A stretch of 64,000 nucleotides of DNA from Octopus bimaculoides (lineage: Eukaryota). A program made the translations under genes and the position numbers. This document shows, in pieces, positions 1 to 12,877 of this stretch. Position 1 is the stretch's first letter; every line of letters starts with the position of its first letter. The notes below the pieces were generated by a model, which had not been told where the DNA came from, searched no databases, and saw only the letters and a program-made list of their open reading frames with translations. The stretch spans positions 30,872,678-30,936,677 of the forward strand of contig NC_068984.1 of the NCBI RefSeq assembly GCF_001194135.2, in the 5' to 3' direction.

Positions 1-119
1 GAGAGAGTGTAAGAAAGATTAAGAGAGAGAGAGAGAGGGGGTAGTGAGAGAGAAAGGGAAAGAGAGAGAGAAAGGGAAAGAGAGAGAGAGATAAACTTTC
101 ATAGATAGTTTGATAGTTT

Positions 120-1010
120 TATATTCATTATTAACGCTTTCATCTCCTTTCCTGCAAATTCTACATTTATTCTCCGACAGAGTTTTGTCAATCTTTGCCT
201 TTATCAGATTCATCCTAATGGCTTGTTCACGAGTGGCTATAATTAGCACCTGCTCTTTCAGGTTCCTGTCTGTCCACCACAGCTAGTGTTTTTACTTCTG
301 GGTAGCATGAATTGGCCATGTAATTTCCATTGCATTCCATCTGATTGTGGTTCTTTCTTCTGTTCTCAAAGTCTCTTACTGATTCAGTAACATTTTTGGC
401 ATCCGTAGTGCGAATAATATTCTTCACTCTGTACAACATTATTTTACAACCCCCAGTATTTCAGTACTAACATTTAGTAATCCTCTGCCTCCTTTTCTTA
501 ATGAGTAGTGTCTCTCAGTATTACTCTTAAGATGGTGTGCATTATGTATTGTGTGCAGTTTCTAGTTCTATCCAAGTTCTTTAGCTTCACCTTTGTCCAT
601 TTTAGAAAAGGAACAGAGTACTGGCATAGCCCATGTATTTATTGCTTTAATGATATCCCCTCCATTCAGTTTAGCTTCGAGCACCTTACTAATTCTCCTC
701 TTGTACTCTTTAGTAATTTCCTCTCTCATTTCTCCTTCCATTATCCTATCATCTTGCAATACCTTAGGTTTTTGCATCAGCCATTATTCCACAGTGACTT
801 ATTGATGATGTCGTAATTTTATGCCATCAGTGTTTATCTTCTGCCTCTCTCCGTAATTAGCTTTGCACACTTCTTTATGGCTAATTGCATTCCAATATCT
901 TTGCTGAATACTCTTACTATGTGGTTCAGAGAATCCAGGTCTTTCTCATTTTTTAATTATTGTGTGAGATCATCCATATGAAGCAAGTAAGTACAAATAT
1001 TATTAATGTT
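120..1010 (-). mobile_element. Decayed R4/Dong-clade non-LTR retrotransposon fragment (RT C-terminal half to start of zinc knuckle)
   Basis: Minus-strand pieces read YLLHMDDL...VRVFSKDIGM...KKCAKL (RT YMDD region, ~850-990), KEYKRRISKVLEAKLNGGDIIKAINTWAMPVL (568-777) and LIIATREQAIRMNLIKAKIDK...KCRICRKGDESVN (~125-249). Frameshifts and stops throughout. Confidence 0.8.
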
Positions 1011-1820
1011 GCCATTTTCTAATCATAGCTATTCTGATTATTGCAATCATCACTTTTATGCTCATGCGTAATATTGCCTCAGTATTGTACATGCTTGCAT
1101 AATATGCTTTGTTATATCTATCATTAATCAATCATTTGAAACAGCTTTGATGACAAAACATAAATACATCATGTTAATTCTATATACCATATTTACATGT
1201 AAATACATTCCTTATATATGCAACTGTTTGTCCTTAATTCTTTGCATGTGTATACATATATATATATATATAAAATGTGTGAATTTTTACACACAAACTT
1301 TGATGTCACGATCTGCTGCTTGGCTGTGACCAGTGATGTCAGCAAATTTGTTGTGAACTCTGTACTTTCAAATTCTTCTGGAATTAAAAGTATTTTTACG
1401 GGATGAACAGGTAAGGGTTAGTGGCAGGGAAAAAAATTACGTTAAATGAAAAAACAAAAGATTAAATATTTTCAAGTAGATCAGTTGAATAGATTATTGG
1501 ACAAAACATTAAGTCATGATCAACACAAATTTAAAATAAATTTGATTCTATCTCTGTACTGAGTCTCCTTGTCATTAAATTTTCCATTGTTATTTATAAA
1601 GTTGATAAACTAATAGCCTAAATTTAACATCTACATGCACACAAACACACACAAACATGAGAGAGAATAAGAGAGAGTAAGATAGATAGATAGACAGAGC
1701 GAGAGAGAGAGAGAAACTTCCATAGATAGTTATATATTTATCATTACACTTACGACTACAAGGATGACACACATCTGAGTAGCAGTAGTCTGTTCTACAT
1801 GAGCAGAATTTAGAATTATA

Positions 1821-2380
1821 CAGGGTGGCCCAAAAGTAAGTTTACAGTTATTCAACTATCTCTTTCACATTCATATATTAACAGTTTAAATCTTAATTAT
1901 AAAAAAATATGAAACCATTATTCAGCAAGATGGAGCATCTCCACATTATGTGTTGACAGTAGGAGATTACCTTAACCAAGATTTTCCACAGCATTGGTTT
2001 GGAAGATGGGGCAGCATCGAATGCCACATTCACCTGACTTGACACCAATGGATTTCTTCTTTTGGGGTGTTGTAAAGAACAAAGTTTATGAGAAGAATCT
2101 CAAAACAGTAAATGAATTAAAAGATTACATTTCTGATGCATTCACTGAAACTGGTGAAGATCAGAATTTGTGCCACACTGTGTGTCAGAGTGTTCTGAAG
2201 AGGTTTGAAGAATGTTGCAATGTTGAAGGAGGACATTTTGAGCATTTGAGAGATTAAACATTGTTTAAGATGTGTATAAATGATATGATTGTAAGATAGA
2301 AATTGAAATGTAATAAAATGTTTTAAAAGAAATTTAAAGGGCCTACTAGATAACTGTAAACCTTCTTTTGGGCCACCCTG
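1821..2380 (+). mobile_element. Internally deleted Tc1/mariner element, probably DD41D (rosa/VS-like)
   Basis: TIRs cagggtggcccaaaagtaagtttacagtta / taactgtaaaccttcttttgggccaccctg with TA on both sides. Retains QQDGASPHY...HSPDLTPMDFFFWGVVKNKVY...EGGHFEHL*; a small deletion frameshifts the WPP motif. Confidence 0.9.
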
Positions 2381-3723
2381 TATATATTCTCTGTATGAGT
2401 GCAAAGTATATGCATCAGGTTATATTTTCTAAATGGAACTATCGAGTGCTTATGACTTTATAAATCCTTAAAAGTCCATACTTAGTAGTTGTTCTTTTTA
2501 TGTTGTTTTAAAAATTAGATAACATTTATCAATGTATATATTCGTACTTTAACATTTGTAAAATTCATTTTCTTTTTTGTGAAATTAACAATTATCAAGT
2601 TTACACTTTTCTTAAAAGTTAATAATAACAAGTTGTGATTAAATTTACGAAAGTGTTTGAATTTAATTTGTATTGCCTCTCCTCACACTGCAGCAGCATA
2701 ATTTTCTTTCCATTGTTTCTTTTCTTTGAGAATAAGTTATAGTGTTTACATGGTTGTGTATTTTTATTTTATCCTCCTTAATTCAAAGTTTCTGCTAAAG
2801 TACATCAAATTTAGATCAGTATATGAAATACTTTAAAACTGAAAGCAAGGTAGTCTCAAATCTCTGGCCAATCTCTCATAGAATTATCCTATAAACAGAT
2901 GAGAATTCTGCAAGAACTTCTGTTCTTAATCTAATAATCTGGTGGAATCATCATGCAACACTGTAACATTCTACACATTCACATTCAAATTACAGGTGTT
3001 ACCCATTAGTTAAGCTTCCCAAAAGTTTCCTTCGCATATTTTGACTTTGGGTTGTGGCTGAGACACTTTCCACAAATTGCCACACATTAGGACATTGCAT
3101 ATTTTGACCCAAGATCTTGCAAATATGTCAAACTCTATGTAGATAATGGTTAATCTCTCTTGTAGATCTATACAGATTGGGCAGAGCTAATCAAAGACAA
3201 TCTGGCTGTACCCATGTTGGGGTGTATCTAAGACTATATAACCAGTGTTTCTGTTTTTGTTTTGTTTTTCTTTCTTTTTTAAGATCATGGAGATGGATGA
3301 TTGCAGTAGTATTTGGGTCTTATTTTTGCAAGGTCAATCAAAGTGTAGACTCCTTATCAGCTGGTTCTGCACATTCTGTATGTGTACATATGTGTATACA
3401 ACATTACACACACACACACGTACACGCACACATGTATAGAGTGTTAGATGTGGTGTACAGATATTGAAAATTTTTATTTATTCATTATTATTAGCGCTTT
3501 CGTTTGTTTCTTGAACTTGTTAAATGGAATTTTGTGAATGTACAAACAGCTTGTTCATTTATATAAAACAATTGTTTGTTGGGGGTTTTGTTTAGAAGAG
3601 GAGAACATTGTTTTTGTCTTTTGGGGAGGTTCCATGATAATGGAGACAGATCGATAGATAAATAAGTAGATAGGTTGATAGATAGATAGACAGATCAATA
3701 TATATATATATATATATATATAG

Positions 3724-4292
3724 GAAGTCAAATTCGAAATAGAAACAAATTCGACGGCTGGCACCCATGCCAACCTTCCTTCATTGGACACTAACATCTA
3801 CTTGCGAAGACCTCTTGGGGTAATTGAAATCGAAATTGAACCAAATTTGATGACAGGTACCCATGCCAGTGGACTGCTAACGCCACCATCCGAGTGGGAT
3901 CACTGCCAGAGCAGCTGCCTGGCTTCCATGCCGGTGGCACGTAAAAAGCAACTTTTGAGCATGATCGTTACCAGTGTAGCCTTACTGGCACTTGCGCTGG
4001 TGGCACGTGAACAAAACATTTGAGCGAGATAGTTGCCAGAGCCGCTGGACTGACTCCTGTGCATGTTGGCCCGTAAAAAACACCATTTGAGCATGGCCAT
4101 TGCCAGTACTGCCATAAAAGCACCCACTACACTCTTGGAGTGGTTGGCATTATGAAGGGCATCCAGCTGTAGAAACTCTGCCAGATCAGACTGGAGCCTG
4201 GTGCAGCCTTCTGGTTCGCCAGTCCTCAGTCAAATAGTCCAACCCATGCTAGCATGGAAAGCGGACATTAAACGACGATGATGATGATGATA
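3724..4292 (+). mobile_element. 5'-truncated RTE-clade LINE 3' UTR with internal tandem units and (GAT)n tail
   Basis: Ends ...ggttggcattatgaagggcatccagctgtagaaactctgcc...catgctagcatggaaagcggacattaaacgacgatgatgatg. Same family as the copy at 19352-19830, which still carries the RTE ORF C-terminus. Confidence 0.72.
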
Positions 4293-4457
4293 TNNNNNNN
4301 NNNNNNNNNNNNNNNNNNNNNNNNNNNNNNNNNNNNNNNNNNNNNNNNNNNNNNNNNNNNNNNNNNNNNNNNNNNNNNNNNNNNNNNNNNNNNNNNNNNN
4401 NNNNNNNNNNNNNNNNNNNNNNNNNNNNNNNNNNNNNNNNNNNNNNNNNNNNNNNNN

Positions 4458-4493
<36 letters not shown>

Positions 4494-5539
4494 GCATATA
4501 TTTATGCATGCATGTATGTGTGTGCGTATATATGTATATATGTAGGTATCAGCACTAATACAGATGTCGTGGGAGGCCAATTTTGCTTATTTTCTGGTGA
4601 AATTTCAACTAGTTTTGATGTGTGTCTTGTCTTTATTTATATATTGTCTCTCTGTCTATATTGATCATTATTAGTTTTTCTCAATACAAAACTAATTCTG
4701 CTTGAGATATTACAAATCTTCTGCTTCCACTTCTATTTCTTTGTTGCCTGGCAACTCCAGGAAAATATCTTAGAATTGGTCTATTACACTTTCCTGATAT
4801 ATTTAAATTTGGACTGACTTGCCATAATGTGAATTTTTTTTTACTTGTTCCTTTAATTTTCATTGATTTCAAATTATTACTGTAAAAAATAGACTTTTGT
4901 AATTTCTGTGTCTTACTTGTTTAGAAGTCATTTCACATAATTATTTCAAATACTTACTGTTTACATTTGTTCTAAAATTCACATTGGTATATTTTTAATG
5001 TTTTGCCTTGTTCTTAGTTGTTTTGATGTTTGTGTATGTAGCAGGCCCTTTCACTTTTCAGAATTGTACTTTTGTCTCTATCTGGCCAAGTATATTTTTT
5101 GCTCCAATATTGAATGAAGACACATTAGACTCATACAGAAATAGGCTTATAAGTATATATATACATAGAGAAAGAGAGAGAGAGAGAGAGAGATGTATAT
5201 ATATGAAGGGAAATAAAGATTAAATAAATCCGGGTAAATACCTCTTTAAGCAGCCTGTACAAATTGAACTCATTCAACTAAACTTTCCAGTTAAGACCAC
5301 ATTCATCAATATTGCAGTTTCTAAATCCAAGGGTTTAACATCACATAAATTTGGTGTATTAGTCATTGAATATGTTAAAAAATATACAAAAAATGAAGAC
5401 TACATCATTCTATATATATAAATATATATATATATGTGTATATATATAGAAAGGGAGAGAGAGAGAGACAAGGAGAAAGAGACTGAGAGAGAAAGAGATA
5501 GTGAAAAATGCAAAAGAATGAAGATGCAGTCTTCATTTT

Positions 5540-5838
5540 TTTGTATTTACTGGCACATGTGCTGGTGGTATGTGGAAAACACCATTTGAGCGTGGCCGTT
5601 GCCAGTATTGCCTGACTGGCCTTCGTGTTGGTGGCATGTAAAGCACCCACTACACTCTTGGAGTGGTTGGCATTAGGAAGGGTTTCCAGCTGTAGAAACT
5701 CTGCCAGATCAGATTGGAGCCTGGTGCAGCCATCTGGCTCACCAGTCCTCAGTCGAACTGTCCAACCCATACCAGCATGGAAAACGGATGTTAAATGATG
5801 ACAATGATGACGATGATGATGATGATGATGATGATGAT
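5540..5838 (+). mobile_element. RTE-clade LINE 3' end, short copy with (GAT)n tail
   Basis: High similarity to 4080-4292 and 13000-13250; (GAT)n tail at ~5800-5838. Confidence 0.72.
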
Positions 5839-5910
5839 ATATATTTACACATACATATTATTATGGATTCTACCATTGTTGGGCAGTGGATGTGGTTCTA
5901 CATTTTCTTG

Positions 5911-6100
5911 GCTTGGGTATGTGCTGTGGTTTGCTTTGATGCTCTTATGGTTACTGTATTGAAAGTGTTTTGCGTAGGATGTGTGCACTGCCTAGTAGTG
6001 CAGTTTTCTGTATGTTATTTATACTTGTAAGTCCTGGTGTTTTTGTTATGTATTTGTCTGAATATTTTTTTATCATACCTAATTCCTGATATTTAGCTAA
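5911..6100 (-). mobile_element. 3' end of an R4/Dong-like element (same family as 28343-28557)
   Basis: Closely similar to 28403-28557. Minus strand reads KYSDKYITKTPGLTSINNIQKTALLGSAHILRKTLSIQ*, the end of the RLE-bearing ORF. Confidence 0.75.
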
Positions 6101-6139
6101 ATATTCCTGATATTTAGCTACACATTAATATATATATAT

Positions 6140-6185
<46 letters not shown>

Positions 6186-6846
6186 ACTTGGGGATGGTCA
6201 TATTGCCAGTTTAGCCAATAAAAACACNNNNNNNNNNNNNNNNNNNNNNNNNNNNNNNNNNNNNNNNNNNNNNNNNNNNNNNNNNNNNNNNNNNNNNNNN
6301 NNNNNNNNNNNNNNNNNNNNNNNNNNNNNNNNNNNNNNNNNNNNNNNNNNNNNNNNNNNNNNNNNNNNNNNNNNNNNNNNNNNNNNNNNNNNNNNNNNNN
6401 NNNNNNNNNNNNNNNNNNNNNNNNNNNNNNNNNNNNNNNNNNNNNNNNNNNNNNNNNNNNNNNNNNNNNNNNNNNNNNNNNNNNNNNNNNNNNNNNNNNN
6501 NNNNNNNNNNNNNNNNNNNNNNNNNNNNNNNNNNNNNNNNNNNNNNNNNNNNNNNNNNNNNNNNNNNNNNNNNNNNNNNNNNNNNNNNNNNNNNNNNNNN
6601 NNNNNNNNNNNNNNNNNNNNNNNNNNNNNNNNNNNNNNNNNNNNNNNNNNNNNNNNNNNNNNNNNNNNNNNNNNNNNNNNNNNNNNNNNNNNNNNNNNNN
6701 NNNNNNNNNNNNNNNNNNNNNNNNNNNNNNNNNNNNNNNNNNNNNNNNNNNNNNNNNNNNNNNNNNNNNNNNNNNNNNNNNNNNNNNNNNNNNNNNNNNN
6801 NNNNNNNNNNNNNNNNNNNNNNNNNNNNNNNNNNNNNNNNNNNNNN

Positions 6847-7135
6847 ATGTGTAGATAAGATTTTAATTTCTATGTTGTTGATTGAGCCTCTATGTTCTTG
6901 CTCAGCGTGCTGGTACAGAACTGATGAGTTCTTCCCTTCCTTAAGTTCCCTCCAATGTTCGTTTGCCCGCTCCCCTATACTCCTTGCTGTTTCGCCTACA
7001 TATGTCGTTGTCTTATTTCTGCATCGTCCCTCTGTACATCTTATACTATAGACCACATTTCTGGTTTTGCAGTTCGTTTGTGGGCTAAATCTACATACGA
7101 TACAGTTCCTATACTACAAACATGCATATATTTTT
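6847..7135 (-). mobile_element. Penelope-like element, GIY-YIG endonuclease region (runs into an N gap)
   Basis: CIVC...NCKTRNVVYSIRCTEGRCRNKTTTYVGETARSIGERANEH: VVY-x-YVGET-R-EH GIY-YIG signature preceded by a Cys motif typical of PLEs. Confidence 0.85.
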
Positions 7136-7462
7136 AAGCTTATCTCCACAAGTTTTCTATAAACTTTAGAGCCACCACAGAAATTTTATCATCATCATCA
7201 TCATCATCATTTTTAACATCCGGGACAATTACCACTGAGAACAACAGATGATGATTTAAAATTTCTTAATATATTGGAGAAGAGCTAATTAACCAAGTAG
7301 AGTAATTGTCCTTGTGGGGATAATTGTCCTCAGGCATCAAAAATTATGAGAGTTTCTTATACATGGATAGTATTATAATTCCTTACAAAACCCTTTTTCC
7401 AAGTTTTAAGCCCCTAAAATTAGGGCTTTCTTATACACTTTAAAATATGGTATATGTGTCGT

Positions 7463-7690
7463 AATCATCATCATCTTCATCATTATTAAATGTCTATATT
7501 CCAAGCTGGCATGGGTTGGTTGGTTAGGAACAGAAAATTCAGAAGACTACAGCGAGCTCTGCTCTCTGTTCTGATATGGTTTCTATGGCTGGATGTCCTT
7601 CGTAATGCCAGCTATTTTACAGAGTTTACAGGGTGCTTTTTACATGGCACCATCAGCAGTAAGGTCACCAAGAAAGTTGTGAGACAAGAC
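7463..7690 (-). mobile_element. Diverged RTE-type 3' end with (GAT)n tail
   Basis: catcatc...ttccaagctggcatgggttgg...ggctggatgtccttcgtaatgcca is a degenerate version of the GAT-tailed terminus found repeatedly in the window. Confidence 0.55.
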
Positions 7691-8185
7691 CCACTACTGA
7701 GATAAGTACTACTAAGGGACAGAGAGGTGTCTTGCATCAGAAGAGACATGGTTTCCTTAGATTGAGAAGAGAAAAAGATTGTGAAGATATAACAGAAAGG
7801 GGGCAGGGGCCAAACAACCAAGTCACAGGGCGGTGTATATAGTTGCATGGATCAGGGGTTGGAAAGGATTAGTGGTTAGTAAGTGAAGGAATTCACAAGA
7901 ATTTGAAAAGAGCTAGAGGTTGTGGAGAAGGAATTTAACAGGGGTATTTTGTGTAGATAGATGGGTGAACACATGAGGGAAAATGGAATCATTTGTCATC
8001 TTTATGAGGCTCAAGATCTGAAGATAATTTCTCACCACTTCATCACATGACATGTCACCCTGAGTTTTCCTCATTCACAGGTTCCGTCCACATATAGAGA
8101 TTAGGAGATTAGCACTTATTTATGCAGTTGTCCTCATACAATATGCATCACATGACCATATATGTACATATACATATACATACAT

Positions 8186-8228
<43 letters not shown>

Positions 8229-8684
8229 NNNNNNNNNNNNNNNNNNNNNNNNNNNNNNNNNNNNNNNNNNNNNNNNNNNNNNNNNNNNNNNNNNNNNNNN
8301 NNNNNNNNNNNNNNNNNNNNNNNNNNNNNNNNNNNNNNNNNNNNNNNNNNNNNNNNNNNNNNNNNNNNNNNNNNNNNNNNNNNNNNNNNNNNNNNNNNNN
8401 NNNNNNNNNNNNNNNNNNNNNNNNNNNNNNNNNNNNNNNNNNNNNNNNNNNNNNNNNNNNNNNNNNNNNNNNNNNNNNNNNNNNNNNNNNNNNNNNNNNN
8501 NNNNNNNNNNNNNNNNNNNNNNNNNNNNNNNNNNNNNNNNNNNACAAAGATTTACCCTTTGGAGAGATAGTATTTTATAATATATGTAAATATCATTATC
8601 ACCATTGTTATCATAAAAATCGTCATCATCATCATCCTCCTGATTATTTTGTCTTCACTCTCCTTGCTAGAATTAGTTGGACAA

Positions 8685-8685
<1 letters not shown>

Positions 8686-8740
<55 letters not shown>
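8686..8740. repeat. (TG)n microsatellite
   Basis: Perfect TG run seen directly. Confidence 0.95.
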
Positions 8741-8743
<3 letters not shown>

Positions 8744-10823
8744 CATTTGTATTCATGAAATTATTTGGGAGAAGCAAATGTAATGGTTATGAGGTTAAGC
8801 AGCAGTCAATCTGCCAGTTTTCCATTAATTCTAACATGACTATAGCCATTACTATTCGTAGCTAGGTAACACACATAATTTTGATTGCCATAGTCTGCCT
8901 GGCTGACATCTAGCAGTTAAAAGGTTAACTGTAAGAAATGTATCCAACAGCAGAATCAGCTGCCCTAACACTCTATAAATTTGTATAAACCATCAAACCC
9001 AAGCAAAATTTGAACAAGTACAATAGTATTATAACTGGGAAACAGAAAGTCATATATTTTTATTACACATACACTCATGCACAACACAAACACATATAAT
9101 ACATACAAGTCTCACATACACATACGCACACATTGTCATACACAAGTACACTGTTTTATCTCACATACTACTAAGATCAGCAGAAAATGTTCAATTAAGA
9201 ATAAGGACAAAACAACTTTTATAAATTAATTTGATAGCCCTTGGAGCATTCTTATCTCAGTTCTCAACGTTTCATTTTTGTCCTTATTTCAAGGCACATT
9301 TCCAAGTTCTGTATTTAAATGGTTGTTATCCTTCTGTCTTTGTGAATCAAAAACTATTATTAACTTGGTTAAGCAAATTGTTTCCATATTCTGCTTCCAT
9401 GTCATTTCTAAGAAATCTTTTGCAATGTTCTGGTTTAATTATAACCTATTTCAAGTTCTCTCTAAATCATCCTTAAATAATATTGTTAGTATTTTTCCTT
9501 GTTTGCAAGTTAGCAATGTTTTATGCTGTTTTATTGAATCAAGAGAACAAAACTAATGCAGAATGTGTCATTCTACCTAATATTTAATTGATTGTATAGG
9601 TTTCCTTTGGTTTTTATATATAAATTTGAGTGTGTTTGAGTGTGTTTCTGCGTGTACATGTGTGAGAGAGACAGAAACAGAGAAAAAGAGAGAGAAAGAA
9701 AGAAAAATCGACAAGGTTAGGTTTCAAGTTTCATTGAACAAAATGCTCCATCAGTTTTCTTAAACATATCATGACATTAATGGCAATACAAACTACAGTG
9801 TTTCTTATTAGAAACATTAATTTTTATGATGTACTTCAACCATCTCAATGTTATCAGTTTGCCTGTTAGTTGCATAGTTTGAACTGTCAAGACATATAAG
9901 TTCTCTGAAAAGTAAAGTATGATCATATCAAGTATACAATTTTGTAGTTGTCTTACATTGTAATTATATTCCAAATCTTCCACACAAGACCAAATTCAAT
10001 TTACTGATAAAAAGTAAAAAAACTGTTTGTTTCTAATTTTTTATTTTTAACATCTGTTTTTCTTCTTTTTTCTCGTCACTCCATATCAAGCACAAAGTAA
10101 CATGATATTGTTCTCTGATTGTTACAGGATAGTGAGTGTTATTATGTTGTATTGGACTCATTCAGTTATCTCTTTTGTTGTCTTCATAGTCTGAAATACA
10201 GAGTGCAAAGATATCAAACCTTTTATGACAGAGCAATTAAAATGCTAAGCTTATACTAAATTCTCATTTTCTTTTTAAGATAATAGAAATGTGACAGATT
10301 TTGAAGGTTAATGAGATAAAGTAAGTTTTTAAAACTACTTCAGATAAATTGCTTGCTCAATTTAGGAACTATAGCATTTTTAGAAAGTAATTTTAGAAAT
10401 GTTCACATATATCTTTTACAATAGTAAGAACAATAACAATAACAAAGAAAGATGTATTTCGATGCATCATAAGACATTATGCAATATCAAGTGATATTCA
10501 TGCAATAAAGCAACGATTATTTATTAAAGTTACAAAACAAGTTTGTAATTGGTTATTGTTTTTAATTATGTACAAGATATGTTTAAGTTTTAAATTTTTA
10601 TTCAATGCTGTTGTTATTGATATATACCTCCATAGCCATTGCTATTTGAATACAACAGTTGCACTTAACAAATCATTCTAAAATAATAAAGTAGATGTAC
10701 GTTTTGCCCATTGATGCTATTGATTATATTTGGTCAGAGTTCAGCCTTAACAGAGTAGACTCTTCCAAAGGCATATTAGTCATTATCTGAGGCATTACAT
10801 ATCTAGGACTACATTATCCAATG

Positions 10824-11047
10824 CAGCAATCCCTTGCCATATCATGGTTCACCTATTGCGGTTTATTATTTAAGCTTACATCGATTCCTCTGTGGTGCTG
10901 TTTTGCACTCATAATAAAATAAATATATACAAATTATAAAAGTGATAAAAATTAAAATACAGCACAGTACTGTTTCTACTTCATGAATTTTTACCCATCG
11001 CAGGGGTTTTTTGGAATGTAAAATCCACGATAGTCAAGGGATTACGG
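10824..11047. mobile_element. pogo/Tigger-like MITE remnant
   Basis: Imperfect terminal inverted repeats cagcaatcccttg (10824) and caagggattacgg (11035-11047), matching a recalled CAGTAATCCCTCG-type pogo TIR; no coding capacity. Confidence 0.55.
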
Positions 11048-12289
11048 TGTGTTCTTTCTTCTAATAATAGTAGCATATAATTTAAGTTGGATTTGGTTGC
11101 TATTTCTAGCAAGTCATGGAATCAATTAGAGCCCCTCCACCATCAGTTATCTTTCGGTTACCAAATAAACTTTATTTTTTATTGATATATTTGCATTACA
11201 AAAATTTAACATTATAATCTATTCCATTAGTCAACTATCATAAGAGGGAGGGAGAGACTGAGTGGGTGCCACTCACACATACTTGCAAAATATACATACA
11301 TGACCAAGTACACCTTCACTCACTCTCTCTCTCTCTCTTTTTTTCTCTTCTTTTCTCTCCTTCTCTCTCTCTCTCTCTCTCTCATACATGCACACATGTG
11401 CGTACACACACATACACACACACACACACACATGTTCATTTCATATACATGTACATACATATTTCACTTTCTGCTCTCTTTCACTTTCTGCTTTCGCTTC
11501 AAAGCAAATATCGCCTTTTTACTTTCTCTTTTCTTTCAATATCTCCTCAAAGCATGAGGAAATAAAAAATTTCTACTGAAATTAACGAAAACATTTGAAA
11601 GCTGAGTTACTAATTTTAACGTATGGGTATCAAAAGATTTACTAATCTTTCGGCTACCAAATTAACTTCATTTTCATTTACCTATTTGCATTACAAAAAT
11701 TTAACATTATAATCTTTTCTATAACTCAGTTATTGGAAACATTTTATACCACGATAAAGACGATCATGATGTCACATGGGTGTGTACCTTAAAAGGCATC
11801 CATTTCTGTATATGTTATGAGGAAATACAGTCACTCACACTCTCTCTCACATGCACAGATAAATACATATATACAAAAAAGATGTATGCATATGTATTCA
11901 TGTGCATGTATATGAAAGATAATGTGCGTGTGTGTGTGTGCGTGTGTGTGTGTGTATGTGAGAGAGAGAGACCGAGTGAATGCCACTTACACATACATGC
12001 AAGAAAATATGCACATGACAACACACACCTTCACTTACTCACTCTCTATCTCTCTTTCTCTCCCTATTTCTCTCTCTCTCTCTCTCTCTCTGTCGTTCTC
12101 TCACATTTTTTTAACACACATACACACATGCACACACACACACACACACACACATACACACCCATTCTCTAGATAAAACTTCTGTATGAATTATGTTATT
12201 ACTTGCTGTGTGCACGTGCAAAATCACAGCTGAAATCCAATTGAAATCAACTATTTCTATTCTGTGATTTGTGCTACTGATGACCATAT

Positions 12290-12870
12290 TTGAAAGCCTG
12301 ATCTTCGATATAAACTTAAAAGGAAGTTCTCCCAGAAATCCTGTCCTTTATCCATTGTTTCTAGCATGTCCAAGGTGACATTTGTGCCCCACCCTGATTC
12401 ACTTTTAAACAACCAATGACTTCTGTGACACCAGTAATCCAGTTCACTATATATCAGCTGTGCCAATTCTGCCCATAAAGAAAGGAACATTGTGGCTGTA
12501 GGTCATAACACCCTGGCAACACGGGATACATTGCTAGTGTGTGTGTATCTAGTTGTTCTATTCTTTCTTCATTCAATAAGGGCTTGATGTATCTCTGATT
12601 CAAAAGCTTGATGGTTCTCCTCCACCTGATCAACGAGGTTCTTGTAGAGTGCATCAGCATTTTCTTTACCCTGAACAGCTTTGATGTGTTTGTTGAATAA
12701 CTTCTCTGTATCTTTAGTAGAAACTGCAAAAGATTTTGCAGACTCATACTGCTTTTTACACTGAATATTTTCAAGAAATGTCTGTTTATAAACTTTTTCA
12801 GCCTCTGAGAGTTGCTCTTCTCTTCAACAATCGGATGATTGAAAGTGTGAGTGTCATCCACTTCTATTTG
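12290..12870 (-). pseudogene. Disrupted F-BAR-domain-like coding remnant (PSTPIP/Nostrin-like), possible retrocopy
   Basis: ATG-less 84-codon open stretch at 12572-12823: REEQLSEAEKVYKQTFLENIQCKKQYESAKSFAVSTKDTEKLFNKHIKAVQGKENADALYKNLVDQVEENHQAFESEIHQALIE. A frameshift leads to EERIEQL. Resembles the C-terminal F-BAR helices (recalled PSTPIP2 VNPKQQEKLFVK...EDSDKAY...ERI). Stops on both sides. Confidence 0.5.
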
Positions 12871-12877
12871 TATAAGC

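Noticed and set aside
4590-4840. Minus frame DIFLELPGNKEIEVEAEDL resembling a Gypsy pol linker
   Set aside because: Short, bounded by stops, with no adjacent protease or RT motifs and no LTRs.
4249-8758. Long ORFs containing X runs (4249-4664, 6211-7056, 8122-8758)
   Set aside because: Their length comes from N gaps and (AT)n repeats; only the GIY-YIG part of 6211-7056 is meaningful.
9960-10004. KLNLVLCGRFG peptide resembling a GIMAP/AIG1 P-loop start
   Set aside because: An immediate stop follows and there is no GxxxxGK motif or downstream GTPase motif.
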